From assembly GCA_965200315.1 (NCBI GenBank), contig OZ241362.1:448001-512000 (forward strand): a stretch of DNA of 64,000 bases. The letters run 5' to 3'. Positions 51,895 to 61,540 of this stretch are shown here, one piece after another. Source of the DNA: Candidatus Latescibacterota bacterium. GTDB lineage: Bacteria > Latescibacterota > UBA2968 > UBA8231. The notes under the pieces are model-generated. The model was not told the DNA's origin, ran no database searches, and worked only from the letters and a program-made list of their open reading frames with translations. Numbering within the stretch: the first letter of the stretch is position 1; each line of letters starts with the position of its first letter. The position numbers and the translations under genes were made by a program.

Positions 51895-52148
51895 AGCAAA
51901 CCGCGCTGCCGCAACCACGCCTCAACCTCTGCTCCTCCCACATCGGCCAACATAACGCCGTCGATTTCGACGCAGGGCGAGGCGTATTGCCGACTCTTGG
52001 CAACCATTTCCGCAAAGGCTTTGCGGTCGCTAGTAATATCCAATTCTTCGTATGGCAACCCGGCTCTATCGAGTACCGTCCGCACTCCCGGACTCCAAGG
52101 GCAATGCGGATTGAGATACGCTTTGATTACAGGAGTAGTATGTTCCAC
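51888..52148 (-). CDS. Monothiol glutaredoxin-like protein
   Basis: CPWS, SPCVEIDG; GTG start with a GGAAAGG RBS. Confidence 0.8.
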   Translation of the reverse strand: MEHTTPVIKAYLNPHCPWSPGVRTVLDRAGLPYEELDITSDRKAFAEMVAKSRQYASPCVEIDGVMLADVGGAEVEAWLRQRGLLC

Positions 52149-52237
52149 TTTGGCCTTTCCGCTGTACGGGGGACGCGATATATTGAGAAAAACATATCGC
52201 CCCCCTCTCATCCCTGTCAAGGAAGGGGCCTCAATCT

Positions 52238-53065
52238 ATGAAACCGCTGGTCCTGTTCCACGGAGGCTGTAACGACGGCTTCTGTGCCGCGTGGATCTAC
52301 CGCCGCTATGTCAACCCGCAAGCCGAGTTTAAGGCGGTTCAATACAACACAGACCCGCCGGCTACGGCCGACCGCGACGTCGTCATCCTCGACTTCAGCT
52401 ACGAGCGGGCGCAGCTCATGGAGATGCACGAGCGCGCCCATTCGCTCTTGGTTTTGGACCATCACGAGACAGCCGCGCACGCCTTAGCTGGACTCGACTA
52501 TTGCGTATTCGCCGAGGGCAAGTCTGGAGCACGCATGACTTGGGAATACTTTTTCGACCCCCGCTCTCAGGTCAGTGCCGACGCCGTCCCTTGGCTGGTG
52601 TCCTATACTGAAGACCGCGACCTGTGGCGGTGGGCCTTGGTCGATTCTAAGGCCGTCAACGCCGCCCTCGCTTCGTACCCGCGCGACTTTGCGGTGTGGG
52701 ATGAAATCGCCGAGCGCGGGCCGCAAGCCCTTGCCGTGGAAGGGCAAGCCATTCTCCGCTTCCAACACCGACTTATCCGACCGCGCGTTCGGTACCACGG
52801 CTGGACCACCATCAGCGGATTTCGCGTCCCCATTACCAATGCCACGTTTCTGACCTCTGAAATCGGCAATGCCCTCGCCGAAGGGCACCCTTTTTCCGCC
52901 GTGTTCTTCGTTCGTCCCGACAGCAAGGTCGTGTACAACCTGCGCTCCAAGGGAGACGCGGCCGCCGATGTGGGTCGCATCGCACGCGAGTACGGCGGTG
53001 GAGGGCACAAGCATGCGGCAGCTTTTACCCTAGAAAGCATGCTGCCGATGGAAGCAAAGACGTAA
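52238..53065 (+). CDS. DHH/DHHA1 phosphoesterase
   Basis: HGGCNDG, ILDFS, LDHH, DRDLWRW, GGGGHKHAA. Confidence 0.9.
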   Translation: MKPLVLFHGGCNDGFCAAWIYRRYVNPQAEFKAVQYNTDPPATADRDVVILDFSYERAQLMEMHERAHSLLVLDHHETAAHALAGLDYCVFAEGKSGARMTWEYFFDPRSQVSADAVPWLVSYTEDRDLWRWALVDSKAVNAALASYPRDFAVWDEIAERGPQALAVEGQAILRFQHRLIRPRVRYHGWTTISGFRVPITNATFLTSEIGNALAEGHPFSAVFFVRPDSKVVYNLRSKGDAAADVGRIAREYGGGGHKHAAAFTLESMLPMEAKT

Positions 53066-53866
53066 ATGACCCCCGAACAGCGCTATCTATTCGACATCAA
53101 CGGCTATTTGCACCTTTCCAACGTGCTCAGCGACAGCGAACTAGCGGCCGCACGAGTAGCCATCGATCGCTATATGGCCACGCCCGACGATGAACTGCCC
53201 GAAGGCTTTTCCCGCTCCAACGATGGCAAGTTCTACGCCAACGGCTTTGCTTTTGACAAGGCACTCGAATCCTTGATCTTCCACCCGATCCTGTGGCCCA
53301 TCATCAAAGAGTTCACCCACGATCGGCCGGCTTTTTCCCGGGGGACCCTGTTGATAGATAGCCACCAGCACGAGCCGATGCGCCTGCATTGTGCCCGCGA
53401 AGACTTCGGCTGGCAAAGCACGCGCTACGACACCCGCGAGGCCCGCATCTTCTGCGACGATTTCGTCATCTTCCCCTATTTCGACGACGTCTTTCCGGGC
53501 GACGGCGGCTTGGTGGTGGTCCCCGGCTCGCACAAGGCGGCGTTTGCACGTCCGCCCAGTCTGTTCAACGGCGGCGTCCCCGCCGAGTTGGAAGATTTGC
53601 CGGTTGGGGTCGTCAATGTAACGCCACGGGCCGGAGACGCCGTAGTAATGACGGAAATGCTGGCCCACGGAACTTTGCAATGGAAACCCAAAGATCGTCT
53701 GCGCCGCACCTTGGTGTTGCGCTATCGCCCCCAATTCAAGGGACCAGCCGCGGTCCCGGAACTCCTCTACGACCGCTTGTCGCCGCAGACCATAGAGCTG
53801 ATGGCCCCGGCTCACTACACCCATGTCAAAGAGATTGTCAAGGAGGACGTGGTGCGGCTTGCGTAA
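53066..53866 (+). CDS. Phytanoyl-CoA dioxygenase family (Fe/2OG) protein
   Basis: YLFDINGYL, DGGLVVVPGSHK, AGDAVVMTEMLAHG..W..RR. Confidence 0.88.
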   Translation: MTPEQRYLFDINGYLHLSNVLSDSELAAARVAIDRYMATPDDELPEGFSRSNDGKFYANGFAFDKALESLIFHPILWPIIKEFTHDRPAFSRGTLLIDSHQHEPMRLHCAREDFGWQSTRYDTREARIFCDDFVIFPYFDDVFPGDGGLVVVPGSHKAAFARPPSLFNGGVPAELEDLPVGVVNVTPRAGDAVVMTEMLAHGTLQWKPKDRLRRTLVLRYRPQFKGPAAVPELLYDRLSPQTIELMAPAHYTHVKEIVKEDVVRLA

Positions 53867-53884
53867 ACAGAAGCAAAACCCAGC

Positions 53885-53924
53885 AAAACAGGCACCTGCG
53901 AGGGATCGCAAGTGCCTGTTTTTT
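53885..53924. terminator. Bidirectional terminator
   Basis: AAAACAGGCAC/GTGCCTGTTTT stem between a convergent CDS and tRNA. Confidence 0.85.
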
Positions 53925-53999
53925 GGTGAGCCCACTGGGGATCGAACCCAGGACCTACGGATTAAAAGTCCGGTGCTCTACCAGCTGAGCTATAGGCTC
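53924..53999 (-). tRNA. tRNA-Lys(TTT)
   Basis: GAGCCTATAGCTCAGCTGGTAGAGC..anticodon TTT..GGTTCGATCCC..ACCA on the - strand. Confidence 0.97.
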
Positions 54000-54104
54000 T
54001 ATCGGGGTTGTATCTAAAGGAAAATAGACGGTTTACGCATCCATCGCAAGACCACCTAGCCCACGCGGGGGCTTTCCCTAGCCTAGTGGTAGCTGCCAAT
54101 AGAT

Positions 54105-56393
54105 TCAGTAGGCCAACGCGACGATTTTGCTCGTTTCCTGCGTCTGTGCGTCGCCTTGCACTTTAACTCGCAAAATGTAGTTACCCGGCGCGGCTAGCTG
54201 CCCGGATTCGTCTTGGCCATCCCAATTCAATGCTATCGGCCCGGCTGTTTGCTGCTGGTCGTGCAGCACCCGAACTTCCCGTCCGCTCAAGTCGTAGAGT
54301 GCCACGTGCAGCCAGCGGGGCTGGAGGACGTTTAACAGGGCAAACTCTATCCGCAGCCTATCGCCGATGCCATCGCCGTTGGGAGTTACGAGCGCGGCCG
54401 ACAACGTCAGCCCGTCAATTAACGCGGGGCCGACCGGCAGTGACACGGCAATCGCTTCGCTGGCAACCACGTCGCTGGCATCGCCCACATCCACCCGTTG
54501 CCTTACCTGTCGCTCTCCCCGCCCACTGGCCAAGAACGCCTCAAAGGGCATCTGTTGGCGGTATATGGTGCTGGCGAAGTCGAGTTCAATCAACCCAGCC
54601 CGCACGAACGGATCGGCAAAGGCAATGTCCAAGCCGCCATCTACGCGGGTTATCTCCACGTCCAACACCTGCCCCCCAAAGCGGAGCTCGCCAAGCTCAA
54701 TGTCTGCTCCTGAACGCATGAGCAACTGATCGAAACCCGTGCTGCCAGCACCGACATCCCAACCAAGATAATAGGTAAACTCGGTGCGCTGCCCTGGTTG
54801 GGCTTGGACTGGGTAGATCTCCGCTCGCGTTGCTGCGGCCAAAGGCTCGGCGTAGCTCAGGACTAGCTCGTCGAGGACCGCCCTCTGCATTGGGTCGGCG
54901 CTGAGCAAAGAGGCCTGCAATTGGACGAAACGCCTTGGCGTCGGCGAGAGAAAACCCCGATCCGACCGCTCGTACGCCTGACTCCAGATACTCCAGTCGT
55001 CGCCGGGCGAACGGACGGTATCAATTCGGCCTTTGAAACTGGGAATTAGCTTGTTGTATTTCCTTTCGGTTACTTCCTTGCCGTTTTTGTCGTGGAATAC
55101 GTAGGACTCCTGCAACAGATTGCCCGTCCGCGAGCGAATTTCTACGCGAGTCCTCTCAGGGGCCTCGACCTGCCAACTCAACCCTGTGGCGTTGCGCACG
55201 GCCCCCAAATCGTAGAGCGGGGATTGCAAGATAGCACTAGCGGGATAGCCCTCGCCAAAGACCTGAAATTCGGCCGTCGTGCCGGTGATGCAGCACTGCC
55301 TGTTCGGATAGCGCATCCGCAGATAGCGCAGTGGCCGGAGCGAGAACTGCTCTTCAAAGTGGACGATATCGCGCAAATTGCGGGGGTGTTCTGGCAATTC
55401 TCCTAAGACTTGCCAGCGCAGCGATCCGTCCGGTGCCAGCGATCCGTCCGATCCCCAGAGGATGTACCAAGGGAAGTGGATGGCGTTGCGCCGGGTCCAG
55501 CGCCAGTCAACGCTGCTGGGCGCGATGCCGGCCAAGTCGCCCAAAATCCGCACCCGATCCACCCAGTACAGAGCACCCAAGTCAAAGGTGAATTCGGTGT
55601 CCCCCGGTTGGGAAAACCCCCAGTAGCGCCAGCTCGACACTATATCGCCGTCGATCAGCGCGTTGCTATTGCCCGTTGACTCGTAGCCTTCGGCCCGCGT
55701 ACCGATTTCGTTGAGGATATCGACCTGCCCACCGCGTTCCCGCAGCCCCAGCGAGATATTGTCCCCCACGGCCTCCACCCCAATCGAGCTAATCCCCGCT
55801 CCCTCAGTGGGCAAATCCACTTCAATGCGAATGAATTGCAGCGGCTTAAGGCCGTATTCGATGATCAACTCCCGCTGCTGATTAAAGCTGTAGCGGACGC
55901 GATCGCTGTAGCGCACAATGCTCGGCAGGGGCAGTCCGGTCGAATCAAAAAAGCGCTCGCCATTGGACAGCAAAACCTGAAAGAACTCCAGCGGTGGTCC
56001 ATCGCCCCTGAGCCGCAAGACTACGCGCCGCGCAGAAACCACGCGCCCCAGATCGACCTCGACGTACCTATTCTCGGGATCGTCGTCCCAATCGGGAGCC
56101 CAGAAGCTTTCCAAGCTCCCGTCGATTAGGTTGCCAGCATCGCCGCTGTTGGACCCGGCGGCGCGGATGCCACCACCAAAATCCCCGGCATTGGCGACCG
56201 CGTCGATATTCCGCCGTACAAATCTGGGGGCCGCTTTCCCACGGCTGATTTCGATGGCATTGCCGGGCCGCTGCCACTCCCTCCAATCCGCGCTGGTCCC
56301 GATCCGCAATTCTTCGCCCGCCGCGGGTGAATATACCATGCCACACAGCAGCAAAGCCTGAAGAGAAGAGCCGAATTCGCGGTAATTGTTCAC
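54105..56393 (-). CDS. Secreted protein with two discoidin-like domains and a C-terminal FlgD-Ig/T9SS-type domain
   Basis: NLIDG..VDLG and ALIDGD..FDLG; TPNGDG..YDLSGR..WDGQDESG..PGNYI. GTG start at 56393 is inferred because it gives a signal peptide. Confidence 0.8.
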   Translation of the reverse strand: MNNYREFGSSLQALLLCGMVYSPAAGEELRIGTSADWREWQRPGNAIEISRGKAAPRFVRRNIDAVANAGDFGGGIRAAGSNSGDAGNLIDGSLESFWAPDWDDDPENRYVEVDLGRVVSARRVVLRLRGDGPPLEFFQVLLSNGERFFDSTGLPLPSIVRYSDRVRYSFNQQRELIIEYGLKPLQFIRIEVDLPTEGAGISSIGVEAVGDNISLGLRERGGQVDILNEIGTRAEGYESTGNSNALIDGDIVSSWRYWGFSQPGDTEFTFDLGALYWVDRVRILGDLAGIAPSSVDWRWTRRNAIHFPWYILWGSDGSLAPDGSLRWQVLGELPEHPRNLRDIVHFEEQFSLRPLRYLRMRYPNRQCCITGTTAEFQVFGEGYPASAILQSPLYDLGAVRNATGLSWQVEAPERTRVEIRSRTGNLLQESYVFHDKNGKEVTERKYNKLIPSFKGRIDTVRSPGDDWSIWSQAYERSDRGFLSPTPRRFVQLQASLLSADPMQRAVLDELVLSYAEPLAAATRAEIYPVQAQPGQRTEFTYYLGWDVGAGSTGFDQLLMRSGADIELGELRFGGQVLDVEITRVDGGLDIAFADPFVRAGLIELDFASTIYRQQMPFEAFLASGRGERQVRQRVDVGDASDVVASEAIAVSLPVGPALIDGLTLSAALVTPNGDGIGDRLRIEFALLNVLQPRWLHVALYDLSGREVRVLHDQQQTAGPIALNWDGQDESGQLAAPGNYILRVKVQGDAQTQETSKIVALAY

Positions 56394-56538
56394 GGTGCTT
56401 TTGTTAGGGACTCTAAGGGTTAGACGGGCAAAAAAAGCCCCAACCTGCCGGTAGGCGACAAGCCGGGGCAACGACGAATCCATCGACCGGCGTCAGCGCA
56501 CCGCCGATCAGGTCGTTTTCGCTGGTAAAGTGCAGGCC

Positions 56539-59500
56539 TCATCCCGCCGAGAGCTCTACGGGCTGCGGCTTGGTCTTGCCTTCACAGAAATACAGAGCCT
56601 TGAATTTGGCCATTTGTTTAATTTTGTCTATCAGTGTCCGCTCACCCTGCGAGCTCGACACATTCCGCACAAGCGACTTGGCATCCGCTTCGGTCAAGCG
56701 CAAGACGAGATAGTTGGCGATGGCCGAAAATACCGAGACGTCGAAGTCCTTCGCTTCCTGCGAGGCAAGCACCAGTGAAATACCGTACTTCCGGCACTCT
56801 TTCGCCATGGTGGGAATGAGCTTTAACCGTGCGGCCCGGTGCGCCTCGTCGAAAATCAAGGCATGGGTGATGCGATCTTGGATGCCTCTGCGGAACATAT
56901 TCTTGTAGAGGCCATAGAATACCAACGACGCAAACGCTCGCTGAAGGTTGTCATTCTGAGTCGCGTGAATCCGAATGACGGTCGGCTGCTCACTCTCCCA
57001 CAGACTACTGTGGGACTCGCGGATATTAAAAAACCCGTAGTCTTCAAGTTCCTCCAAACGTGCAAGCAGCGTCTGCAACCCGCGGTCCGGTCTTGGATCG
57101 CCGCGCAGAATCTCGACAAAGCGACTAAACGTCGGTTCCTCCAAATCCGCGGCCGCCGCGTTGGCGTTTCCCCATCCCACCTCAACGAAGCTTTCCTTGA
57201 CGGCCCCACGAATGCGATCGGCCTGAATGCCGCCGAGTTCCGGGTAAATGGCCGCGAAAATGTCCCGCATCTCACTCGCCACATCGAGATGCGCCCTCCA
57301 ATATCCTCGATTGATCACCTCTAGTGGGTTGAAGCCCAATCCGTCAAAATCAATGAACCGAACCGCCGACTGCCCAAGCCGCTCGTCAATGTCCTGATGA
57401 TAGGAAAAGATGATCGGTTGTATGTCGGCCTCAACCATCTGCTTGCACAGGTTCAAAAGACAGGTAGTCTTACCCATTCCAGGCAGCCCCGCAATCAGAA
57501 GATGGGGATTCCCCTTCGTAGTCAGCCGCCATTGAACATCGGTATTTGCAATAGTATCCGTCCCCAAGCAAACAAACGGCGCGGGGTCAGCAACATCCTC
57601 GGCCTCTCTGCCAGAGCTTCCCTCAATTTCAACAGACGTGCGATCGAGGCCCGGCCCCGATTCTCGCTGAGGCTCCAAGCCATCTTCGGCCCGTTCATCG
57701 TCTCGCTTCGCGCCGGACTGTTTTGAGGATTCCGTGAATGCGCCATGAGGAAGATCTGGATTGGGCAGAAGAGCGGGGCCGAATAAAAATATCCGCGTGT
57801 TCCAACCTTTGGGAGAAATCTCCCAGGGATCTCGACCGCCATACTCCGGGCAGAACACCCAACCGCGGTTCCCCGCCTCGACGCTGTGCAAAGCGTAGTC
57901 CCCACCCTTCTCGATCATGCGGTCTATTGCAGATGAGAGTTCCCTATGCCGCTCTGTTGGCAAACAGTGTCTGTGGGCTTTGTCCGCATAGAAGCGCAGC
58001 ACCTGAGCAAGCTTGGCGCGTCGGACAGCGCTGAAAGAGGAGCAAACATCCTCGTGAGAGTACCAATCGTACCAACGACTATGGAGTGATTCCGTCTGTT
58101 CGCGGATTTTCCGTAGCACTTCTGGTGCTCGCGCCGCCCGCAAATGTCGGCGGTACTTCACCTCAATGAATCGGAAAACCAGCCTCGTACGCGGCATCGT
58201 GGACACATAGATGAGATCCGGACGCGCTCGTGTCTCGTCGTCACCATTCTTCTCTTGCAAGGGTGGCAATAGATCGCGCACGTCGTCAATTGGAACGATG
58301 AAGCCATCCTCGAGCGATACCCAGCAATCGTCGCTTGCCGACGCCGTCTGGCAATTTGCGCGGGAGACTGCAAGCGCGATCAACTCAGCGGTCGGCGGTT
58401 TGCTGCCGGTGAGACGAATGGCAAGCCGCCCGCTGAGTGCCTTGAGACGATTTAAGAGAAATTTCGCGTTTTGCTGACTGCGGCTAAGGCCCATCTGATC
58501 TAGAACACCGCCGAGAAGGATGCGGACTTCCTCCAAATTGCTAGTCGAGGTGATGAGCTGTAAGCAGCCGAGGTCCTCGCGCTCCGGGACGCAGTCAATC
58601 ACATAAGCGTCGTAGATGGCCGGATTATCCCGCGGCGAATCAAAGTACTCGATGCCGGCATTGCGATCTAAGGTAATGACCCAATCGCACAGTCGATGCA
58701 GATACTTCAAGCTGCTCTCCTTTTCAGGCGAAATCTCCGTTGTCAATACAGGCAGTCCGCCCTCGGTACCGATATGTCGAGCGACAGCTTTCTGTAATGC
58801 CTGCTGCAAGCGCCCCAAACGATCGCTATGCCCGCGCTCTGATGGGTGTTTTTCGCTGTCTCTCGCCTGTGGGACCACACTGCGCCATGTGGGCGCAGGC
58901 GTACCAGTATAATCGCGATCGTAGAACGAAAGCAGACCGAACGCCCGAAAGGGCCTAGCTGCCGCTGATTTGTTCTCTGCTGATACGACCTGTGCCTCGA
59001 ACGTATCGAACGCAACGGCAAGGTGGGCCGCAGTTTTCGGGCCTTTGCTCTTACGGGCCCAACGCAACCGCGGCATATTTACGCCGCCGGGCAGACCCAA
59101 GGACTCGAGCATCCACTGATCGTCGGCCGACACCACACCGGCACCACTGCGCCGCCGTTCCCGCGCCTCGGCGATGAACCGCCCGGCAATGCCGCGCTGC
59201 TCCTCAGAAGGATACATTTCCAGCGAGAAGACCGTTTCGTTTCGAGATTCAGCCTCTTCAATATCCTCGCCATCGGCCCGGCGTAGGTGCTTGTGGACAT
59301 AACCTAGTGACCGGGCGATAGTCAGGCCATCGCCTGCCCTAAGAGCGTGAACGTGGAGTAGTCGGGAGGTGTTGTGGCAATCCAAGTACTTGACGATCTC
59401 GGCACCGACCACTTCAGCGCTCTGCCCTCCTACCGTCGGAGCGGCGTCCATGGACTCCCCTTCGCCGAGCGCACGGGCGAGAATCGCCACCGCCGCCTTG

Positions 59501-61539
59501 GGCTCTTTGTCCTTATCGGGGACCATGCCGACTGCATGAAAGCCAAGGGTATCTGCAAATACAAACGAGCCGCCATCTGGATTCGGGAGAAAAGCCGGGA
59601 ACATGGCACCGTCCAAGCACTGGAACTCTTCTCTTACGTCTTTTGCCTTTTGATTCTGCTCAAAAACCGCGTGAAAAACGAGATTGTCATACGCGGCATG
59701 CCACGCGACGCGCAGCGGGTGCATCGGCAGGACGATTAAGCCAATTACTCGCCCGGCAAGAGACTGCACCTTCACCGTGTTGCACAACGCCAAGGATGGA
59801 TCGCCGCTCTCCAACAATGCAGTCCAAGCGCGGATGTACTTTTTGACTGAATCAAACGCTCGTCTCGCCTTATCATCATAGACATGGCCTACCACACCGC
59901 CTTTATTGCAGACATAGGCCGCTAACCTTCGGCTCGCCTCGGTGGCTCTAGACCATTCCGTACCTTTACCTTCATGGTCACAGAACTTTACATCCCCCGC
60001 TCGGACGCCGGACGAACGGACCTTGACGCACCAATGCCCAATGGCTCCGTCTTGCTCCATCCACTGCTTTTCTACCTCTCGTATCAGCGGCGGGCAAGAG
60101 ACGCGAAAGCTCAACCGTTTTGTTCTCGCGGCCGTACGCAGCAATATCGAATTGCTTTTCTCATCAAATCTGAAATTCGCCGGACTGTCGGCAATGCTGG
60201 CTACACTCTCCCGCTCATCGAGCTCAATTAATCCCTCGCTAAACGCCCGGATCTTTCGGCCAGCCCCTCCGGCGGTCTTTTCAGGTGTATCACCAAAACG
60301 AATGAGGAACTCCTCGCTCTCCTGCGCTTCGACCGCGTCATTTCCCACCACGGAAACCACCACTCTGGCGGAGACCAGCGAGTCCTCGTTCAGCATCGAG
60401 AAGTCGTCGTTACTGAACCGGCACTTCTCCTCCTTTTTCTTCGAGTGCCTCACATCGCGCACGGCGAGCTCTTCGTCCGCACCGGCTACTACGGCAACGC
60501 GGTATTCCACAGCACCTTCTTCTATATTGCCGGGTTGAGCCTTCCAACGGACCTCCAGCTTTGAATAGGCCGCCGCCGACGCAGGGTCTAGTTCCAGCAA
60601 TAGAACCGGAGGTTGTATATTCCCGTCTTCTTCGGAGGATGCTCCAGGGGATTCCTCACTCAATCCCGACCATTTGGCGATCTTGCCATTGCGATTGCGC
60701 CAAGATATAAGATCGATGGTTTGAATGTCATGGGTGCTCTCAATCCGCAATGCACCTATCCACAGTTGTTTCTTGTCGGCCAAGGCCGCCAAGGCCGACA
60801 GCAGTGGTTGGGTTTCTTTGGTATGGAGAAAAACTTCGAGATCGCGGCGCTGCTCGGCCGTCGGCTCGGCCAGCCGCAGCGACTCAATGCGCGTCGCAAC
60901 ATTCTGCCTAGAGGCCACCACTCCCAACAGGCGATCTACAAATTGGCGCGAGTCGTCTAAGGCTTCTTCGTCTAACTTTGCAGATTCGGCGACTGGCCAC
61001 AGGCCGAGCAGATGAAGATACGCACCAGGATGCCGTTTGTGCTCTGCAACGCGGCACAAGAAATCGAATGCTGTCCAAGGCGAAACGCTGGACTGACGGC
61101 CGAATCCCGGTGCCTTTTTGATGGCCCGATTGGCATATCGGAGATATTCACTCGACAATCGGCGCGTCACCTCAGCAGCAACTAGTCGTTGAGCTTCTTT
61201 GAATAGGCTTGTCTCATCCACTTCCTGCGAGGCACTGTAGATGCCGTCCATGCCGGCCCCGGCAAGATCGGTATCTACTAGTAGCAAGGTCGCTTGGTCC
61301 TTGGTCTCGCGTACCTCGACAGCGCGGTCTGCGGTAATGGTTTGCCGGTCTGCATCGTCCGAATCCGCCACCCGCTGAACCTGCCAATTTTGTACACAGA
61401 AGTTGTCGTCCTCGGCAAGCCTTCCCACCACCTCCGGCGTCAGACAACGGACGAAGGCCATGGCTCCGCATTCGGCTCGGCCAAGCACCTTCTCAAACGC
61501 CTGCCCGAGTACTTGCCGATGTAGTTTGGTCCACTCCAT
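56539..61539 (-). CDS. Large defence ATPase, DndH/SspH/MAD8-like, with a C-terminal HerA/FtsK domain
   Basis: 1666 aa; GLPGMGKT, LIFDEAH, ECRKYG..ASQ; last gene of a tightly coupled three-gene run. Confidence 0.75.
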   Translation of the reverse strand: MEWTKLHRQVLGQAFEKVLGRAECGAMAFVRCLTPEVVGRLAEDDNFCVQNWQVQRVADSDDADRQTITADRAVEVRETKDQATLLLVDTDLAGAGMDGIYSASQEVDETSLFKEAQRLVAAEVTRRLSSEYLRYANRAIKKAPGFGRQSSVSPWTAFDFLCRVAEHKRHPGAYLHLLGLWPVAESAKLDEEALDDSRQFVDRLLGVVASRQNVATRIESLRLAEPTAEQRRDLEVFLHTKETQPLLSALAALADKKQLWIGALRIESTHDIQTIDLISWRNRNGKIAKWSGLSEESPGASSEEDGNIQPPVLLLELDPASAAAYSKLEVRWKAQPGNIEEGAVEYRVAVVAGADEELAVRDVRHSKKKEEKCRFSNDDFSMLNEDSLVSARVVVSVVGNDAVEAQESEEFLIRFGDTPEKTAGGAGRKIRAFSEGLIELDERESVASIADSPANFRFDEKSNSILLRTAARTKRLSFRVSCPPLIREVEKQWMEQDGAIGHWCVKVRSSGVRAGDVKFCDHEGKGTEWSRATEASRRLAAYVCNKGGVVGHVYDDKARRAFDSVKKYIRAWTALLESGDPSLALCNTVKVQSLAGRVIGLIVLPMHPLRVAWHAAYDNLVFHAVFEQNQKAKDVREEFQCLDGAMFPAFLPNPDGGSFVFADTLGFHAVGMVPDKDKEPKAAVAILARALGEGESMDAAPTVGGQSAEVVGAEIVKYLDCHNTSRLLHVHALRAGDGLTIARSLGYVHKHLRRADGEDIEEAESRNETVFSLEMYPSEEQRGIAGRFIAEARERRRSGAGVVSADDQWMLESLGLPGGVNMPRLRWARKSKGPKTAAHLAVAFDTFEAQVVSAENKSAAARPFRAFGLLSFYDRDYTGTPAPTWRSVVPQARDSEKHPSERGHSDRLGRLQQALQKAVARHIGTEGGLPVLTTEISPEKESSLKYLHRLCDWVITLDRNAGIEYFDSPRDNPAIYDAYVIDCVPEREDLGCLQLITSTSNLEEVRILLGGVLDQMGLSRSQQNAKFLLNRLKALSGRLAIRLTGSKPPTAELIALAVSRANCQTASASDDCWVSLEDGFIVPIDDVRDLLPPLQEKNGDDETRARPDLIYVSTMPRTRLVFRFIEVKYRRHLRAARAPEVLRKIREQTESLHSRWYDWYSHEDVCSSFSAVRRAKLAQVLRFYADKAHRHCLPTERHRELSSAIDRMIEKGGDYALHSVEAGNRGWVFCPEYGGRDPWEISPKGWNTRIFLFGPALLPNPDLPHGAFTESSKQSGAKRDDERAEDGLEPQRESGPGLDRTSVEIEGSSGREAEDVADPAPFVCLGTDTIANTDVQWRLTTKGNPHLLIAGLPGMGKTTCLLNLCKQMVEADIQPIIFSYHQDIDERLGQSAVRFIDFDGLGFNPLEVINRGYWRAHLDVASEMRDIFAAIYPELGGIQADRIRGAVKESFVEVGWGNANAAAADLEEPTFSRFVEILRGDPRPDRGLQTLLARLEELEDYGFFNIRESHSSLWESEQPTVIRIHATQNDNLQRAFASLVFYGLYKNMFRRGIQDRITHALIFDEAHRAARLKLIPTMAKECRKYGISLVLASQEAKDFDVSVFSAIANYLVLRLTEADAKSLVRNVSSSQGERTLIDKIKQMAKFKALYFCEGKTKPQPVELSAG

Positions 61540-61540
61540 A

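Noticed and set aside
53924-56539. tRNA-Lys as the integration site of the defence island
   Set aside because: The tRNA 3' end faces away from the island, a host-type gene intervenes, and no integrase or att duplication is visible.
56539-57560. VirB4/TraG conjugation ATPase
   Set aside because: No T4SS genes or TM segments; gene size and the F-G-H-like context fit a defence module better.
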